Source of the DNA: Burkholderiales bacterium
GTDB lineage: Bacteria; Pseudomonadota; Gammaproteobacteria; Burkholderiales; JAEUOS01
Direction of reading: 5' to 3'
Assembly (NCBI GenBank): GCA_016790635.1
Contig: JAEUOR010000060.1
Location: 1,880-65,879, forward strand
DNA length: 64,000 bases
Below are positions 20,452 through 29,946 of the stretch, piece after piece (positions within the stretch are counted from its first letter, which is position 1; every line of letters begins with the position of its first letter). The notes below the pieces were generated by a model. That model searched no databases and had not been told where the DNA came from. It saw only the letters and a program-made list of their open reading frames with translations. Both the position numbers and the translations under genes were made by a program.

Positions 20452-22380
20452 TTATAAAGTCTTCGTCGCGACCGCCTCGCGACGTTGCTCGAGCGCCTCC
20501 CAGCGCTCCAGCAATGCCATGAGTTCGCCCTCGATGGCCTCGATGCGCTCGCGGGCCGGGCCGACCTCGTTGGGCGCACGCGTATAGATGTCTGGGTCGG
20601 CCAGACGCGCGTTCAGACCTGCCTGCTCGGCCTCGATGGCGCTGATGCGGCCGGGCAACTCCTCAAGCTCGCGCGCCTCGCGGAACGAAAGCTTGCGCGG
20701 CGCGGCGTCGCGTCCGCGGCGCGCGTCGCGCGGACTGGCGCGCGGCGCATCGGCAGCGGCACCTGAATGTTCGGCGCGCGCCGAAGCACGCCGCTTGAGG
20801 ACCGCCTCCCAGTCGGCATGCCCGCCCGGGTTCTCGGTCCACCGCCCGCCGCCCTCGGCGACAAGCACCTGGGTGGCGACGTTGTCGATGAAGCGCCGAT
20901 CATGACTCACCAGCACCACCGTGCCGTTGAACTGCTGCAGCAGCGATTCCAGGAGCTCCAAGGTATCGATGTCGAGGTCGTTGGTGGGTTCGTCGAGCAC
21001 CAGCAGGTTCGCCGGGCGCGCAAAGAGTCGCGCCAGGAGCAGGCGGTTGCGCTCGCCCCCGGACAGCGCGCCGACCTTGGCCAGCGCGCGCTCCGGCGGA
21101 AACAGGAAGTCGCCCAGGTAGCCGATCACATGGCGCCGGCCGGCAGCGGTCTCCACCGACTCCGAGCCCGGGCTGATCGCATCGACCAGCGTCGCCTCGT
21201 CGTCCAGGGCGGTGCGGAACTGGTCGAAATACGCGACCTCCTGCCGCGTACCGCGCCGCACGCTGCCGGAATCGGGAGCAAGCTCGCCCAGCATCAGGCG
21301 GATCAGCGTGGACTTGCCCGCGCCGTTGGGTCCGATGATGGCAAGCTTGTCACCGCGCATGAGCGTCAAGTCCAGATCCTGCACGATGGGGGGCCCCGCA
21401 AAAGCCTTGCTGACCGCGGTGAACTCGGCCACCAGTTGCCCGGAGCGCTGCGAATCATCGATCGCCATGGCAACACGCCCCTGGCGTTCCTGGCGCCTGG
21501 CACGCTCGCGACGCAAGGCCTCCAGGCGTCGCACGCGCCCCTCGTTGCGCGTGCGGCGCGCCTCGATGCCCTTGCGAATCCAGACTTCTTCCTGCGCAAG
21601 AAAGCGGTCGAACTTCGCGTTGACGACGCGTTCGACATCGATTTGCGCGGCCTTGCGTTCCTGGTAGGCCGCATAACTGCCCGGAAACGAGAGCAGTCGT
21701 CCGCGGTCCAGCTCGGCGATGCGCGTCGCGACCCGGTCCAGGAACGCCCGATCGTGGGTCACCATGAGGAGCGCGCCGCGATAGCCAAGCGCCCACTCTT
21801 CCAGCCAGCCGATGCCGTCGATATCCAGGTGGTTGGTGGGTTCGTCCAACAACAGGAGGTCGGGCTCGCAGGCGAGCGCACGCGCCAGTGCGACACGCTT
21901 TTGCTCGCCGCCCGAGCACTGTGCAACCAGGCGCGCCGGGTCGAGCCCGAGGCGCTCGATCACCGCCATGAGGCGCCGGCGCGCGTCCCAGGCGCCGGCC
22001 TTCTCGATGCGCGTTTCAAGTTCAGCCAGTCGCACAGCAGCACCATCGGTGTCGTCCAGGCGCCTGGCCGCCTCCTCGTACTCCTGCAGTAGCGCACCCT
22101 CCTGCCCCAGCGACGCCGCGACCGCATCCAGTACAGTCGCGTGGGCGGCAAAACGCGGTTCCTGCTCGACCACGCCCACCCGGGCCCCGGGAGTGATGCG
22201 CACCGCGCCATCGTCAAGTAATCGCGCGCCGGCCAGTACGGCCAGGAGGGAGGACTTGCCGGCACCATTGCGGCCGATCAGCGCGATGCGCTCCCCGGCT
22301 TCGACGGCGAAGTCGACGCGGTCGAGGAGCGGCACATGCCCGTACGCAAGCTCTGCCCGCACCAGCGTGGCAATCGGCAC
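20452..22380 (-). CDS. ABC-F family ATPase (Uup-like, two ABC domains, no TM domain)
   Basis: Two Walker A sites (GRNGAGKSSLL, GPNGAGKSTLI), two signature motifs (CSGGEQKR, LSGGERNR) and a C-terminal coiled-coil tail. GTG start. Confidence 0.9.
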   Translation of the reverse strand: MPIATLVRAELAYGHVPLLDRVDFAVEAGERIALIGRNGAGKSSLLAVLAGARLLDDGAVRITPGARVGVVEQEPRFAAHATVLDAVAASLGQEGALLQEYEEAARRLDDTDGAAVRLAELETRIEKAGAWDARRRLMAVIERLGLDPARLVAQCSGGEQKRVALARALACEPDLLLLDEPTNHLDIDGIGWLEEWALGYRGALLMVTHDRAFLDRVATRIAELDRGRLLSFPGSYAAYQERKAAQIDVERVVNAKFDRFLAQEEVWIRKGIEARRTRNEGRVRRLEALRRERARRQERQGRVAMAIDDSQRSGQLVAEFTAVSKAFAGPPIVQDLDLTLMRGDKLAIIGPNGAGKSTLIRLMLGELAPDSGSVRRGTRQEVAYFDQFRTALDDEATLVDAISPGSESVETAAGRRHVIGYLGDFLFPPERALAKVGALSGGERNRLLLARLFARPANLLVLDEPTNDLDIDTLELLESLLQQFNGTVVLVSHDRRFIDNVATQVLVAEGGGRWTENPGGHADWEAVLKRRASARAEHSGAAADAPRASPRDARRGRDAAPRKLSFREARELEELPGRISAIEAEQAGLNARLADPDIYTRAPNEVGPARERIEAIEGELMALLERWEALEQRREAVATKTL

Positions 22381-22391
22381 GGTGACCCGGC

Positions 22392-22793
22392 CTAGTCCGG
22401 CCAGCGCTCGGCGACCTCGACCAGATTGCCGTCCGGATCGCGCAGGTAGATCGACCGGATCGGCCAGCGCGCCCCGGTGCGGCGCACCGGTCCGACCTCG
22501 ATGGGCACGCCAAGCGAAGTCACATGCACGATCACATCGTCCAGCGGGACCGCGGCGATCAGGCAGAAGTCAAGCGAACCGGGAGACGGTGCGCGCGCGT
22601 AGATGTCGGTGACCGAGCGGTCGCCGGCCTGGTGCAGGTTGAACTTCTGGCCCCCGAACACCAGCGCCTTGCGGCGCGGCTTGGGAGGTTCGCCGAACTC
22701 CTCCAGGCGCATGCCCAGCACGCGGGTATAGAAGTCCACCGTGGCGCCCAGGTCCCGGCAGGTGATGACGACATGGTCGATGCTTGAGATCAT
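22392..22793 (-). CDS. VOC family (glyoxalase/bleomycin-resistance/dioxygenase fold) protein
   Basis: 133 aa; MISSIDHVVITCRDLGATVDFYTRVLGM is a typical VOC beta-alpha-beta-beta-beta start. Confidence 0.85.
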   Translation of the reverse strand: MISSIDHVVITCRDLGATVDFYTRVLGMRLEEFGEPPKPRRKALVFGGQKFNLHQAGDRSVTDIYARAPSPGSLDFCLIAAVPLDDVIVHVTSLGVPIEVGPVRRTGARWPIRSIYLRDPDGNLVEVAERWPD

Positions 22794-22915
22794 ATACCTG
22801 ATTTTAACCGGGCCAAGGCGTTGTTTCGATGGGCTGGGGCCGCACGAATGGCGCCATGCTCGCAGCAGTCGGTCGGCGCTTCGGACCGGCTAGAATGCGC
22901 CCGCAAGTCGCCGCG

Positions 22916-22990
22916 CTCGCCGTAGTTCAATGGATAGAACGAGTGCCTCCTAAGCGCTAGATACAGGTTCGATTCCTGTCGGCGGGACCA
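22916..22990 (+). tRNA. tRNA-Arg (anticodon CCT), CCA encoded
   Basis: Hand-folded cloverleaf. Acceptor CTCGCCG/CGGCGGG (one G-U). D arm GTTC-AATGGATA-GAAC. Anticodon arm AGTGC-CT[CCT]AA-GCGCT. T arm ACAGG-TTCGATT-CCTGT. Discriminator A plus CCA. Confidence 0.85.
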
Positions 22991-23447
22991 ACCTGCCAGG
23001 CCCCGCTGCGCTCGCTCCCGATCGGTTCTTCATCTCGGCTTGCGCCAGGCCGCTGCCGTTGTGCGAGGAAAGTTCCCGATGCGCGCTGCGCGCATCGCGC
23101 AAGACCCCCGGGGGCGGCCTGCGCGGAAAAACCGGTGCCAACGTGCCCCCTGCGGCCCACCGTGATCCATGGCACTCCGGCCTCAGGAAAACAAGCCTCT
23201 TTGCGCCATATGTCACAAGCAGGTCACGGAAATGGAAGAAATTTGCGATTTTGTGGCGGAAAATTCATTTCGTGAGGATTCGCCTGCAATTTGACATGTT
23301 TCCTGCACCGAACGGGGCTCTGTCGATGCCATTGTCATCACTTTTTTGCTGTGGGTTCAGCTTGCCGGGCAAGGACCCGTTTGAGAGCGGCCGGGCGTCC
23401 GCGAGATTTCAGCGGGATTGTGAAATTGTGTTCCATCGGCCATGCGA

Positions 23448-23461
23448 GTGACATATGTCAC
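23448..23461. promoter_or_regulatory. Perfect 14-bp palindrome GTGACATATGTCAC in the leader upstream of the priming transferase gene (candidate operator)
   Basis: Read directly from the sequence. The half-site CATATGTCAC recurs at 23207-23216. The function is inferred only. Confidence 0.3.
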
Positions 23462-23636
23462 CTGCATAGGCCATCAAGTTGACATGTTTTGACATTCGCA
23501 CCACCCCGTGGCAGTCCTAGCTGGAGTACCTTCGCATCCACGCCGAAGCGACCAAGAAGAATGACTTTTCCGCCCCTCTTCATTTTCCCCGCGAGCCGGC
23601 TTGCGGCGCGCCGTTTTCCTGGCACCGGGAGCTAGC

Positions 23637-25019
23637 ATGATTCGTTTGTTCAGCCACTGGTTGCGGGCCCGCACGATCTTCGATCTGGCCGCCGACTTCT
23701 CTTTTGTCCTGGTCGGAGTCGCCGCAGCAATTTTCTGGGTCGGCAGTCACATGCAGATCGATCCGTTGGTCGTGCTGGCGTGTGCGCTGGCGCTGGCGAT
23801 CACCACACTGTCGTTCAACGCCTGGATGGGCTTCTACCAATCGACCCACTCGCGCTCCCTCGCCCAATCGCTTTTGCGCGGCGCTTTCTCGCTCGGGTTG
23901 GCGGGCGCTGTGGCCTACGCGATTTTCACCTTCGCCCCGCTGGCCGACACCAGCCGCGACCTGCTCGCCGTGCCTGCCATGACGGCAGTTTTCGGCATGG
24001 TCGTGCATCGCCTGGGGGTAGCGCACGCTGGCAGCACGCCAATGCTGGTGCGCCGGGTGCTGGTGTTCGGTGCCGGCGAGCACGCCCTGGCGGTGCGCCG
24101 CGCGCTCGACAAGTCCGATCCCAACGTCCAGATCGTGGGCTTCTATCCCAGCCCTGCGGAAGAGGATATCCGGGTCCCGGCCGACCGCCTGCTCCCCAAC
24201 ACACAGTCGCTGACCGACACCGCGCGAGCCCTCAAGGTCGACGAAATCGTGGTCGCATTGAGCGAGCGCCGGGGCGGCGCCATGCCGTTGCGCGAACTGC
24301 TCGACTGCAAGCTGATCGGCGTCAAGGTGCTCGACCTGGCCAGCCACTTCGAGCAAACCCTGGGCCAGATCCGCCTTGATTCGCTGCGCGCAGGCTGGCT
24401 GATCTTCGGCGACGGGTTTCGCCAGGGAGCGTTCCGCGCCTTCCTGAAACGCCTGTTCGACATCGTCTGCGCCAGCATCCTGCTTCTCGTGTCACTGCCG
24501 GTCATGCTGATCACCGCGGTCGTCATCGTCATCGAAAGCGGATTCCCGATCTTCTACCGTCAGGAGCGTGTCGGGCGCAACGGGCGCCTCTTCAACGTCA
24601 TCAAGTTCCGCAGCATGGTCACCGATGCCGAAAAGGACGGCAAGCCGCAGTGGGCAACCGGCAATGACGCCCGCGTGACGCGCGTCGGCCGCTTCATTCG
24701 CAAGACCCGCATCGACGAACTGCCGCAGATCATCAATGTGCTGCGCGGCGACATGAGCCTGGTGGGCCCGCGCCCGGAGCGGCCCTACTTCGTCGATCAG
24801 CTGACTCGTGAAATCCCCTTCTATGCGGTGCGCCATAGCGTCAAGCCCGGCGTGACCGGCTGGGCGCAGGTGCGCTATCACTACGGCGCCACGGTCGAGG
24901 ATTCGGCCGAGAAGCTGCAGTACGACCTGTACTACGTCAAGAACAACTCCCTGTTCCTCGACATCCTGGTGCTGTTCGAGACCATTGGCGTGGTCTTGAC
25001 CGGCAAGGGGGCGCGTTAG
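23637..25019 (+). CDS. EpsB-type undecaprenyl-phosphate sugar phosphotransferase (PEP-CTERM-system-associated sugar transferase family)
   Basis: ATG at 23637 ([27 protein letters not shown]). N-terminal TM bundle plus a Rossmann-like middle. C-terminal bacterial sugar transferase domain ([13 protein letters not shown]...FKFRSM...[24 protein letters not shown]). Confidence 0.9.
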   Translation: MIRLFSHWLRARTIFDLAADFSFVLVGVAAAIFWVGSHMQIDPLVVLACALALAITTLSFNAWMGFYQSTHSRSLAQSLLRGAFSLGLAGAVAYAIFTFAPLADTSRDLLAVPAMTAVFGMVVHRLGVAHAGSTPMLVRRVLVFGAGEHALAVRRALDKSDPNVQIVGFYPSPAEEDIRVPADRLLPNTQSLTDTARALKVDEIVVALSERRGGAMPLRELLDCKLIGVKVLDLASHFEQTLGQIRLDSLRAGWLIFGDGFRQGAFRAFLKRLFDIVCASILLLVSLPVMLITAVVIVIESGFPIFYRQERVGRNGRLFNVIKFRSMVTDAEKDGKPQWATGNDARVTRVGRFIRKTRIDELPQIINVLRGDMSLVGPRPERPYFVDQLTREIPFYAVRHSVKPGVTGWAQVRYHYGATVEDSAEKLQYDLYYVKNNSLFLDILVLFETIGVVLTGKGAR

Positions 25020-25255
25020 ACCGCCTGACCTTCGACAGCTCTTCCGCTACTAGAAGATCGCGGAAGGAATCGGGGTTTCACTGCAGTGTGGGCAGTCCGT
25101 CCCCGAAGCATCATCCCGCAACCAGGTTTTTCAGGATACGATGCTCGCCGTGGTCACGGCGCCTCCGCCCATCCGTTGCAATGTTCCTGCACCACAAGGC
25201 GCGGAGCACGACACGCTGCCCCCGAATTGCCTAGACCGCTCGACAACATAGCGCC

Positions 25256-27355
25256 ATGACCGTCATCGTTTGGGCCTACGGCGTGGCCGCGCTGCTGTAT
25301 GCGGCGTTTGCGGGCCATCTCGCTTGGTCCAAGCGAGACTGGCGCGCCGGCCCTGCCAGTGCCGCCATGTTCGCAGCAGCTTGTCTGACCGCGACGTGGG
25401 CAGGACTCAGCGTTGCGGTCGGTCTTGCACGCGAGGTGACACTCCTGCCGGTCGCGTTCATCGCGGATGCGCTGCGCTACGGCGCGTGGTATGCGTTCCT
25501 GCTCCTGCTGATTCGACCTGTCGGTGCAGCGCGCTCCCCGGCGCGATTCCTGGCTCCGGCGGCCGGCGTGCTCGTCGTGACTGCGGTCGGCATCCACGGC
25601 CATGCGGCACTTGTTGGTTCCCCTGCGCAGACCGAATCTTTGGCGTCCCTGAACGCGCTGGCAATGATCATTTTCGGGCTGGTGCTGCTTGAGCAGGTGT
25701 TCCGCAACGTCGAGATCGACTCGCGCTGGAACGTCAAGCCGCTGGCCCTGGGGTTGGGTGCGGCGTTCCTTTTCGACCTTTACCTGTTTGCGCACGCCCT
25801 GCTGTTCGGCCGCCTCGACGGCGCGATTTTCGCCGCGCGCGGACTAGTGCACGCCTGCGTGCTGCCCATTCTGCTGGTTTCTACCCTGCGCACCAAGGAC
25901 TGGGGCGCCAAGATCCGCCTGTCGCAAAAGGCTGCATTCCATTCGGCAACGCTGGTTGTCATCGGCGGCTACCTCCTATTCATGGCCGCAGTCGGCTATT
26001 GGGTACGCAACTTCGGGGGCGACTGGGGTAGCACATTGCAAGTCGCGCTGGTGGCCGGCGCCATGGTCGGGCTGGCAGTGCTGGTGTTCTCCGGCTCAAT
26101 GCGGGCCAAGATGCGGGTCTTCATCGGCAAGCATTTTTTCAGCTACCGCTATGACTATCGCGAGGAATGGCTGCGCTTCACGCAGACCCTGTCGAGCGAG
26201 AACAGCGCGGCGAGTCTGGAACAGCAGGCGATCCGCGCCATGGCCAACCTGGTCGAAAGCCCCGGTGGCGGCCTGTGGATGCGCGGGGACGAGGGACGCA
26301 GTTTCACCCAGACCGCTCGGTGGAATGTTCCGGACCAGACCGTCGCCGAACCAGTCCATTCGTCGCTGTGCCGTTTCCTGTCCGAGAGCGGCTGGGTCAT
26401 CAATCTTGAAGAGTTTCGCAGCTATCCGCGCCGCTATGAGGCTCTGGAACTGCCGCACTGGTTGTCCGACTTGCCGAACGCCTGGCTGATCGTCCCTCTG
26501 CTCGACGGCAATTCGTTGATGGGGTATGTGGTCCTTTCGAGCGCGCGAACGTCGATGGATGTCAACTGGGAAGTCAACGACCTCTTGCGTACCGCCGGCC
26601 GGCAGGCCGCCAGCTACCTGGCGCAGATGCGCGCCAACAACGCCTTGCTGGAGGCACGCAAGTTCGACGCCTTTAACCGCATGTCGGCTTTTGTGGTCCA
26701 CGACCTGAAGAACATCGTCTCGCAGCTCGCATTGATGCTGAAGAATGCCGAGCGTCATCGCGCCAACCCGGAGTTCCAGAAAGACATGCTGATGACCGTC
26801 GAGCACTCGGTCGAGCGCATGCGACAGCTGATGCTGCAGCTGCGTGAAGGGGCCACGCCTCCGGGGACGCCGGTTGGCGTGGATCTTGGAACGATCATCG
26901 AACGGATTCACGCTGCCAAGACGGCGCAGGGCCGCGAAGTCGAGCTTTTCCTGCAAGAGCGCCTGATGACCCGCGGTCATCCGGAGCGCATCGAACGTGT
27001 GATCGGGCACCTGATACAGAACGCGCTGGATGCGACCGAAGGCACCCCTGCTCGTTCGGTGCGCGTGCGGCTTGGCCGCCAGGGCGGCCAAGCGCTCCTC
27101 GAGGTGGAGGATAATGGTACAGGGATGAGCCAGGAATTCGTGCGCGAGCGCCTTTTCAAACCATTCCAGACCACCAAGGATGCGGGCATGGGCATAGGCG
27201 CCTACGAAAGCTTTCAGTACTTGCAGGAATTGGGCGGCAAGATCAGCGTGGATAGCCGCGTCGGGGAAGGTACCCGCATTGGCGTGTTGCTGCCGCTTTT
27301 CGAAGTGGAGCCCGCGATGTCCATGTCGCGGCCGACGGCGCGGCAGGCAGCGTGA
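25256..27355 (+). CDS. prsK: PEP-CTERM system sensor histidine kinase PrsK
   Basis: About 8 N-terminal TM helices, a GAF-like middle, an H-box (FVVHDLKNIVSQL) and an HATPase_c region (DNGTGM...GMGIGAYE). Sits immediately upstream of, and overlapping, the sigma-54 response regulator gene. Confidence 0.85.
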   Translation: MTVIVWAYGVAALLYAAFAGHLAWSKRDWRAGPASAAMFAAACLTATWAGLSVAVGLAREVTLLPVAFIADALRYGAWYAFLLLLIRPVGAARSPARFLAPAAGVLVVTAVGIHGHAALVGSPAQTESLASLNALAMIIFGLVLLEQVFRNVEIDSRWNVKPLALGLGAAFLFDLYLFAHALLFGRLDGAIFAARGLVHACVLPILLVSTLRTKDWGAKIRLSQKAAFHSATLVVIGGYLLFMAAVGYWVRNFGGDWGSTLQVALVAGAMVGLAVLVFSGSMRAKMRVFIGKHFFSYRYDYREEWLRFTQTLSSENSAASLEQQAIRAMANLVESPGGGLWMRGDEGRSFTQTARWNVPDQTVAEPVHSSLCRFLSESGWVINLEEFRSYPRRYEALELPHWLSDLPNAWLIVPLLDGNSLMGYVVLSSARTSMDVNWEVNDLLRTAGRQAASYLAQMRANNALLEARKFDAFNRMSAFVVHDLKNIVSQLALMLKNAERHRANPEFQKDMLMTVEHSVERMRQLMLQLREGATPPGTPVGVDLGTIIERIHAAKTAQGREVELFLQERLMTRGHPERIERVIGHLIQNALDATEGTPARSVRVRLGRQGGQALLEVEDNGTGMSQEFVRERLFKPFQTTKDAGMGIGAYESFQYLQELGGKISVDSRVGEGTRIGVLLPLFEVEPAMSMSRPTARQAA

Positions 27356-28716
27356 CCAGTCCTCCTGCAAAACCGCGCCCGCTCCTGATCGTCGAGGATG
27401 ACCCCGCGCTGCAAAAGCAGCTGCGCTGGTCCCTGGACAAGTTCGAGGCCCTGACGGCAGACGACGGCGAATCCGCTCTGGCCCAGGTGCGCCGTCACGA
27501 GCCCGCCGTGGTGACCATGGACCTGGGGCTGCCGCCAGACCCGGATTCAGTCTCGGAAGGGTTCAAGCTGCTTGAGAGTCTTCTGTCGTTGGCGCCCGAC
27601 ACCAAGGTCATCGTCCTGACCGGACAGAACGACCAGTCCAACGCGTTGCGCGCTATCGCCATGGGGGCCTATGACTTCCTGGCCAAGCCCATCGAGCCGG
27701 AACTGCTATCGCTGACGATCGAGCGCGCGTTTCGATTGCATGATCTGCAGGCGGAAAATCGCCGGCTGGCGCAGATGCGGCAGCCCGATTCACTGGGCGG
27801 CTTGCTTACGCGAGACCCGCAGATGCTCAAGTTATGCCGCACGATAGAAAAAGTAGCGGCGACGAGTGCAACCGTGCTCCTGCTGGGCGAGTCCGGAACC
27901 GGCAAGGAGTTGCTGGCACGCGGGCTCCACGACGCTTCGCCACGCAAGAATGAACGCTTCGTGGCAATCAACTGCGCGGCGATTCCCGAGAACCTGCTGG
28001 AGAGCGAGTTGTTCGGGTACGAAAAGGGCGCCTTCACGGGAGCCGCCAAGACCACCCCGGGTCGCATCGAGGCGGCCAATCGCGGCACGCTTTTTCTCGA
28101 TGAGATAGGCGACCTACCGCTTCCCTTGCAGTCCAAGCTGCTGCGTTTCCTGCAAGAGCGTGTCATCGAGCGCCTTGGCGGCCGGCAGGAGATCGCCGTC
28201 GATGTGCGAATCGTCGGCGCGACGCATCAGGATCTGCGCGCATTGACCCGGGAATCCCGGTTCCGCGAGGACCTGTATTTCCGCCTCGCCGAGATCGTCG
28301 TGGCGATTCCCCCGTTGCGCGAGCGCATTGGCGACGTCGCACTCTTGGCCCATGCATTCGTGCGCCGTTTCGCTGACGAAAACAAGCGCGCCGGGCTGAG
28401 CCTGGGCGAATCGGCGCTGCATGCCCTGGAAACACATGCCTGGCCGGGTAACGTTCGCGAACTGGAAAACTGCATCAAGCGCGCGGTCATCATGGCTGAG
28501 GCCGAGCAGATCGATGCCGCCGATATCGGACTGGGCACTCCCGAGGCGTCGCAACCCGAAGATCTTAGTTTGCGCCGGATTCGTGAAGAAGCAGAACGGC
28601 GCGCGATCATCGCCGCAATATCACGCTCAAATGGCAATCTCGCCAAAGCCGCCGAGATCCTGGGAATCAGCCGCCCGACGCTCTACGACTTGATGCACCG
28701 GTTCGGACTACGGTGA
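27352..28716 (+). CDS. prsR: PEP-CTERM-box sigma-54-dependent response regulator PrsR
   Basis: GTG start overlapping the prsK stop. Receiver domain (LLIVEDDP...VVTMDLGLPPD). AAA+ sigma-54 activator domain with Walker A GESGTGKE and the GAFTGA loop (YEKGAFTGAAK). C-terminal Fis-type HTH (NLAKAAEILGISRPTLYDLM). Confidence 0.9.
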   Translation: MTSPPAKPRPLLIVEDDPALQKQLRWSLDKFEALTADDGESALAQVRRHEPAVVTMDLGLPPDPDSVSEGFKLLESLLSLAPDTKVIVLTGQNDQSNALRAIAMGAYDFLAKPIEPELLSLTIERAFRLHDLQAENRRLAQMRQPDSLGGLLTRDPQMLKLCRTIEKVAATSATVLLLGESGTGKELLARGLHDASPRKNERFVAINCAAIPENLLESELFGYEKGAFTGAAKTTPGRIEAANRGTLFLDEIGDLPLPLQSKLLRFLQERVIERLGGRQEIAVDVRIVGATHQDLRALTRESRFREDLYFRLAEIVVAIPPLRERIGDVALLAHAFVRRFADENKRAGLSLGESALHALETHAWPGNVRELENCIKRAVIMAEAEQIDAADIGLGTPEASQPEDLSLRRIREEAERRAIIAAISRSNGNLAKAAEILGISRPTLYDLMHRFGLR

Positions 28717-28864
28717 ATGCAGGCAGCGTCGGCAGCGAGCCAGACAAGACGCGAGATGGCGTTGCTCCAATAGTCCTCCCAAAGCGTCGATATTTTTTAC
28801 ATATAACTGACACATGGAATCGCTATTTTTTATAAGTAATTGATTTTATGTGTTAATTTATTTT

Positions 28865-28880
28865 TGGCACGACAGATGCT
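28865..28880 (+). promoter_or_regulatory. Sigma-54 (-24/-12) promoter for the PEP-CTERM protein gene
   Basis: TGGCACGacagATGCT: GG at 28866-28867 and GC at 28878-28879, exactly 10 nt between them. It matches TGGCACG-N4-TTGCW except T->A in the -12 box. Lies in an AT-rich intergenic tract about 85 nt upstream of the start codon and directly downstream of prsR. Confidence 0.6.
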
Positions 28881-28961
28881 TAATAGAAGACATGGAACGG
28901 GCCAGGCATGAATGGTCCGAAAATTTGAAGTTGATCTGATGCCTTGCCAACCTAGAGAGGA

Positions 28962-29924
28962 ATGAATATGAAACTCAAACACACACTCCGGGCAGCCTTG
29001 GCTGCGGCTGCGGTGTCGGCGTCGGTAGCATCGGCTCCGGCCAATGCCGTTTTGCTGCTGCAGTTTTTTGACGGCGCCGATTCCAGCCTCGGTTTCTTGC
29101 TGAACCCGAACCCCGGGCCTTTCAGCACGGCCGCAGCGACCCTGTCGTTTACCGGCGTTGTCAACGGCTGGTCGATCAGCGCGACTTCGGGCACTACCAA
29201 CAACACCGTTGTGAACCCTGGGTATGGCCAGGTGCTCACCTTTACCGCCTTCCGGACGACGGAAGCAAATGACTGCGGCATCACCGGGGTCCCTGGTGTT
29301 GGTTTGGCAGGCTGCGGGCTGGGAAACACCGCCAATCAGGGCATCCTGAAGATGCGATTCACTGACACGGGATTCCCGCTTACCCTTGGCAGCAATCTTC
29401 TCTTCAACGCCAGCCTTGCCGTGACCAACGGTAACAACACTCAGCAGAACGGTGGGAACACTGCTTCGGCAAATTATGGCCTGGGCTATAACGCGTTGGT
29501 GCAAGCCGGTCCTCAGACAGGCGTTCCGGGTGTTGCGGAGGCTTACAACCAGTACAACTTCCTGGCTGGCGGTACCAATCTGATCGGCAATGGTTCCTGG
29601 AACGGCAATAATCCTGTCAACGCGTCGCGTGGCTTCACCCTTCCGTTCGGTCAATCCACAGCCAATCCTTTCTTCATGGTCAGCGGTGTTGACCTGGTGG
29701 CGCCCGGTGTCAGCGACTACAATCCCTTGACGGCTCAGGGTGGTTCGGTTGAAACGACCAACTTCGGCGGGCCTGGCTACTCCGGATCGAATGGCAACGC
29801 TTTCGCGGGAACGTTGACCGTGCAAGCCGTCACCCGAGTGCCTGAGCCGGGTACCCTGGCGTTGCTTGGAGTATCCCTCCTGGGTGTCGCTGCGATGCGT
29901 CGGCGCAAGACCCCCCAAGCTTGA
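28962..29924 (+). CDS. PEP-CTERM sorting-domain protein (putative exosortase substrate)
   Basis: Signal peptide (MKLKHTLRAALAAAAVSASVASAPANA). Asn/Gly/Thr/Ser-rich body. C-terminus VPEPGTLALLGVSLLGVAAMRRRK gives the PEP motif, a TM helix and a basic cluster. A second ATG at 28968 has better spacing to GAGAGG (28955-28960). Confidence 0.9.
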   Translation: MNMKLKHTLRAALAAAAVSASVASAPANAVLLLQFFDGADSSLGFLLNPNPGPFSTAAATLSFTGVVNGWSISATSGTTNNTVVNPGYGQVLTFTAFRTTEANDCGITGVPGVGLAGCGLGNTANQGILKMRFTDTGFPLTLGSNLLFNASLAVTNGNNTQQNGGNTASANYGLGYNALVQAGPQTGVPGVAEAYNQYNFLAGGTNLIGNGSWNGNNPVNASRGFTLPFGQSTANPFFMVSGVDLVAPGVSDYNPLTAQGGSVETTNFGGPGYSGSNGNAFAGTLTVQAVTRVPEPGTLALLGVSLLGVAAMRRRKTPQA

Positions 29925-29946
29925 TCGTCAGACCGCTTTGTGAAAA

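Noticed and set aside
23620-23634. TGGCAC immediately upstream of the priming transferase start codon, as a possible sigma-54 promoter.
   Set aside because: The next GC lies 8 nt after GG instead of the required 10. The element also abuts the ATG at 23637, leaving no room for a transcript leader or SD.
22916-23636. tRNA-Arg as the attachment site of an integrated mobile genomic island.
   Set aside because: There is no integrase, transposase or plasmid/phage gene anywhere in the 41 kb to the right. I saw no second copy of the tRNA 3' end (…TTCGATTCCTGTCGGCGGGACCA) that could serve as a direct-repeat att site. I keep only the weaker statement that the tRNA marks a compositional and functional boundary.
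25041-25066. Hairpin CTTCCGC-N12-GCGGAAG after the priming transferase gene, as an intrinsic terminator.
   Set aside because: It has only a 7-bp stem, a 12-nt loop and no following T-tract. It is too weak to call.
28830-29918. 362-aa ORF antisense to the PEP-CTERM protein gene.
   Set aside because: It has no signal or motif and a low-complexity translation. The sense-strand gene has a signal peptide, a PEP-CTERM tail, an SD, a sigma-54 promoter and a terminator.
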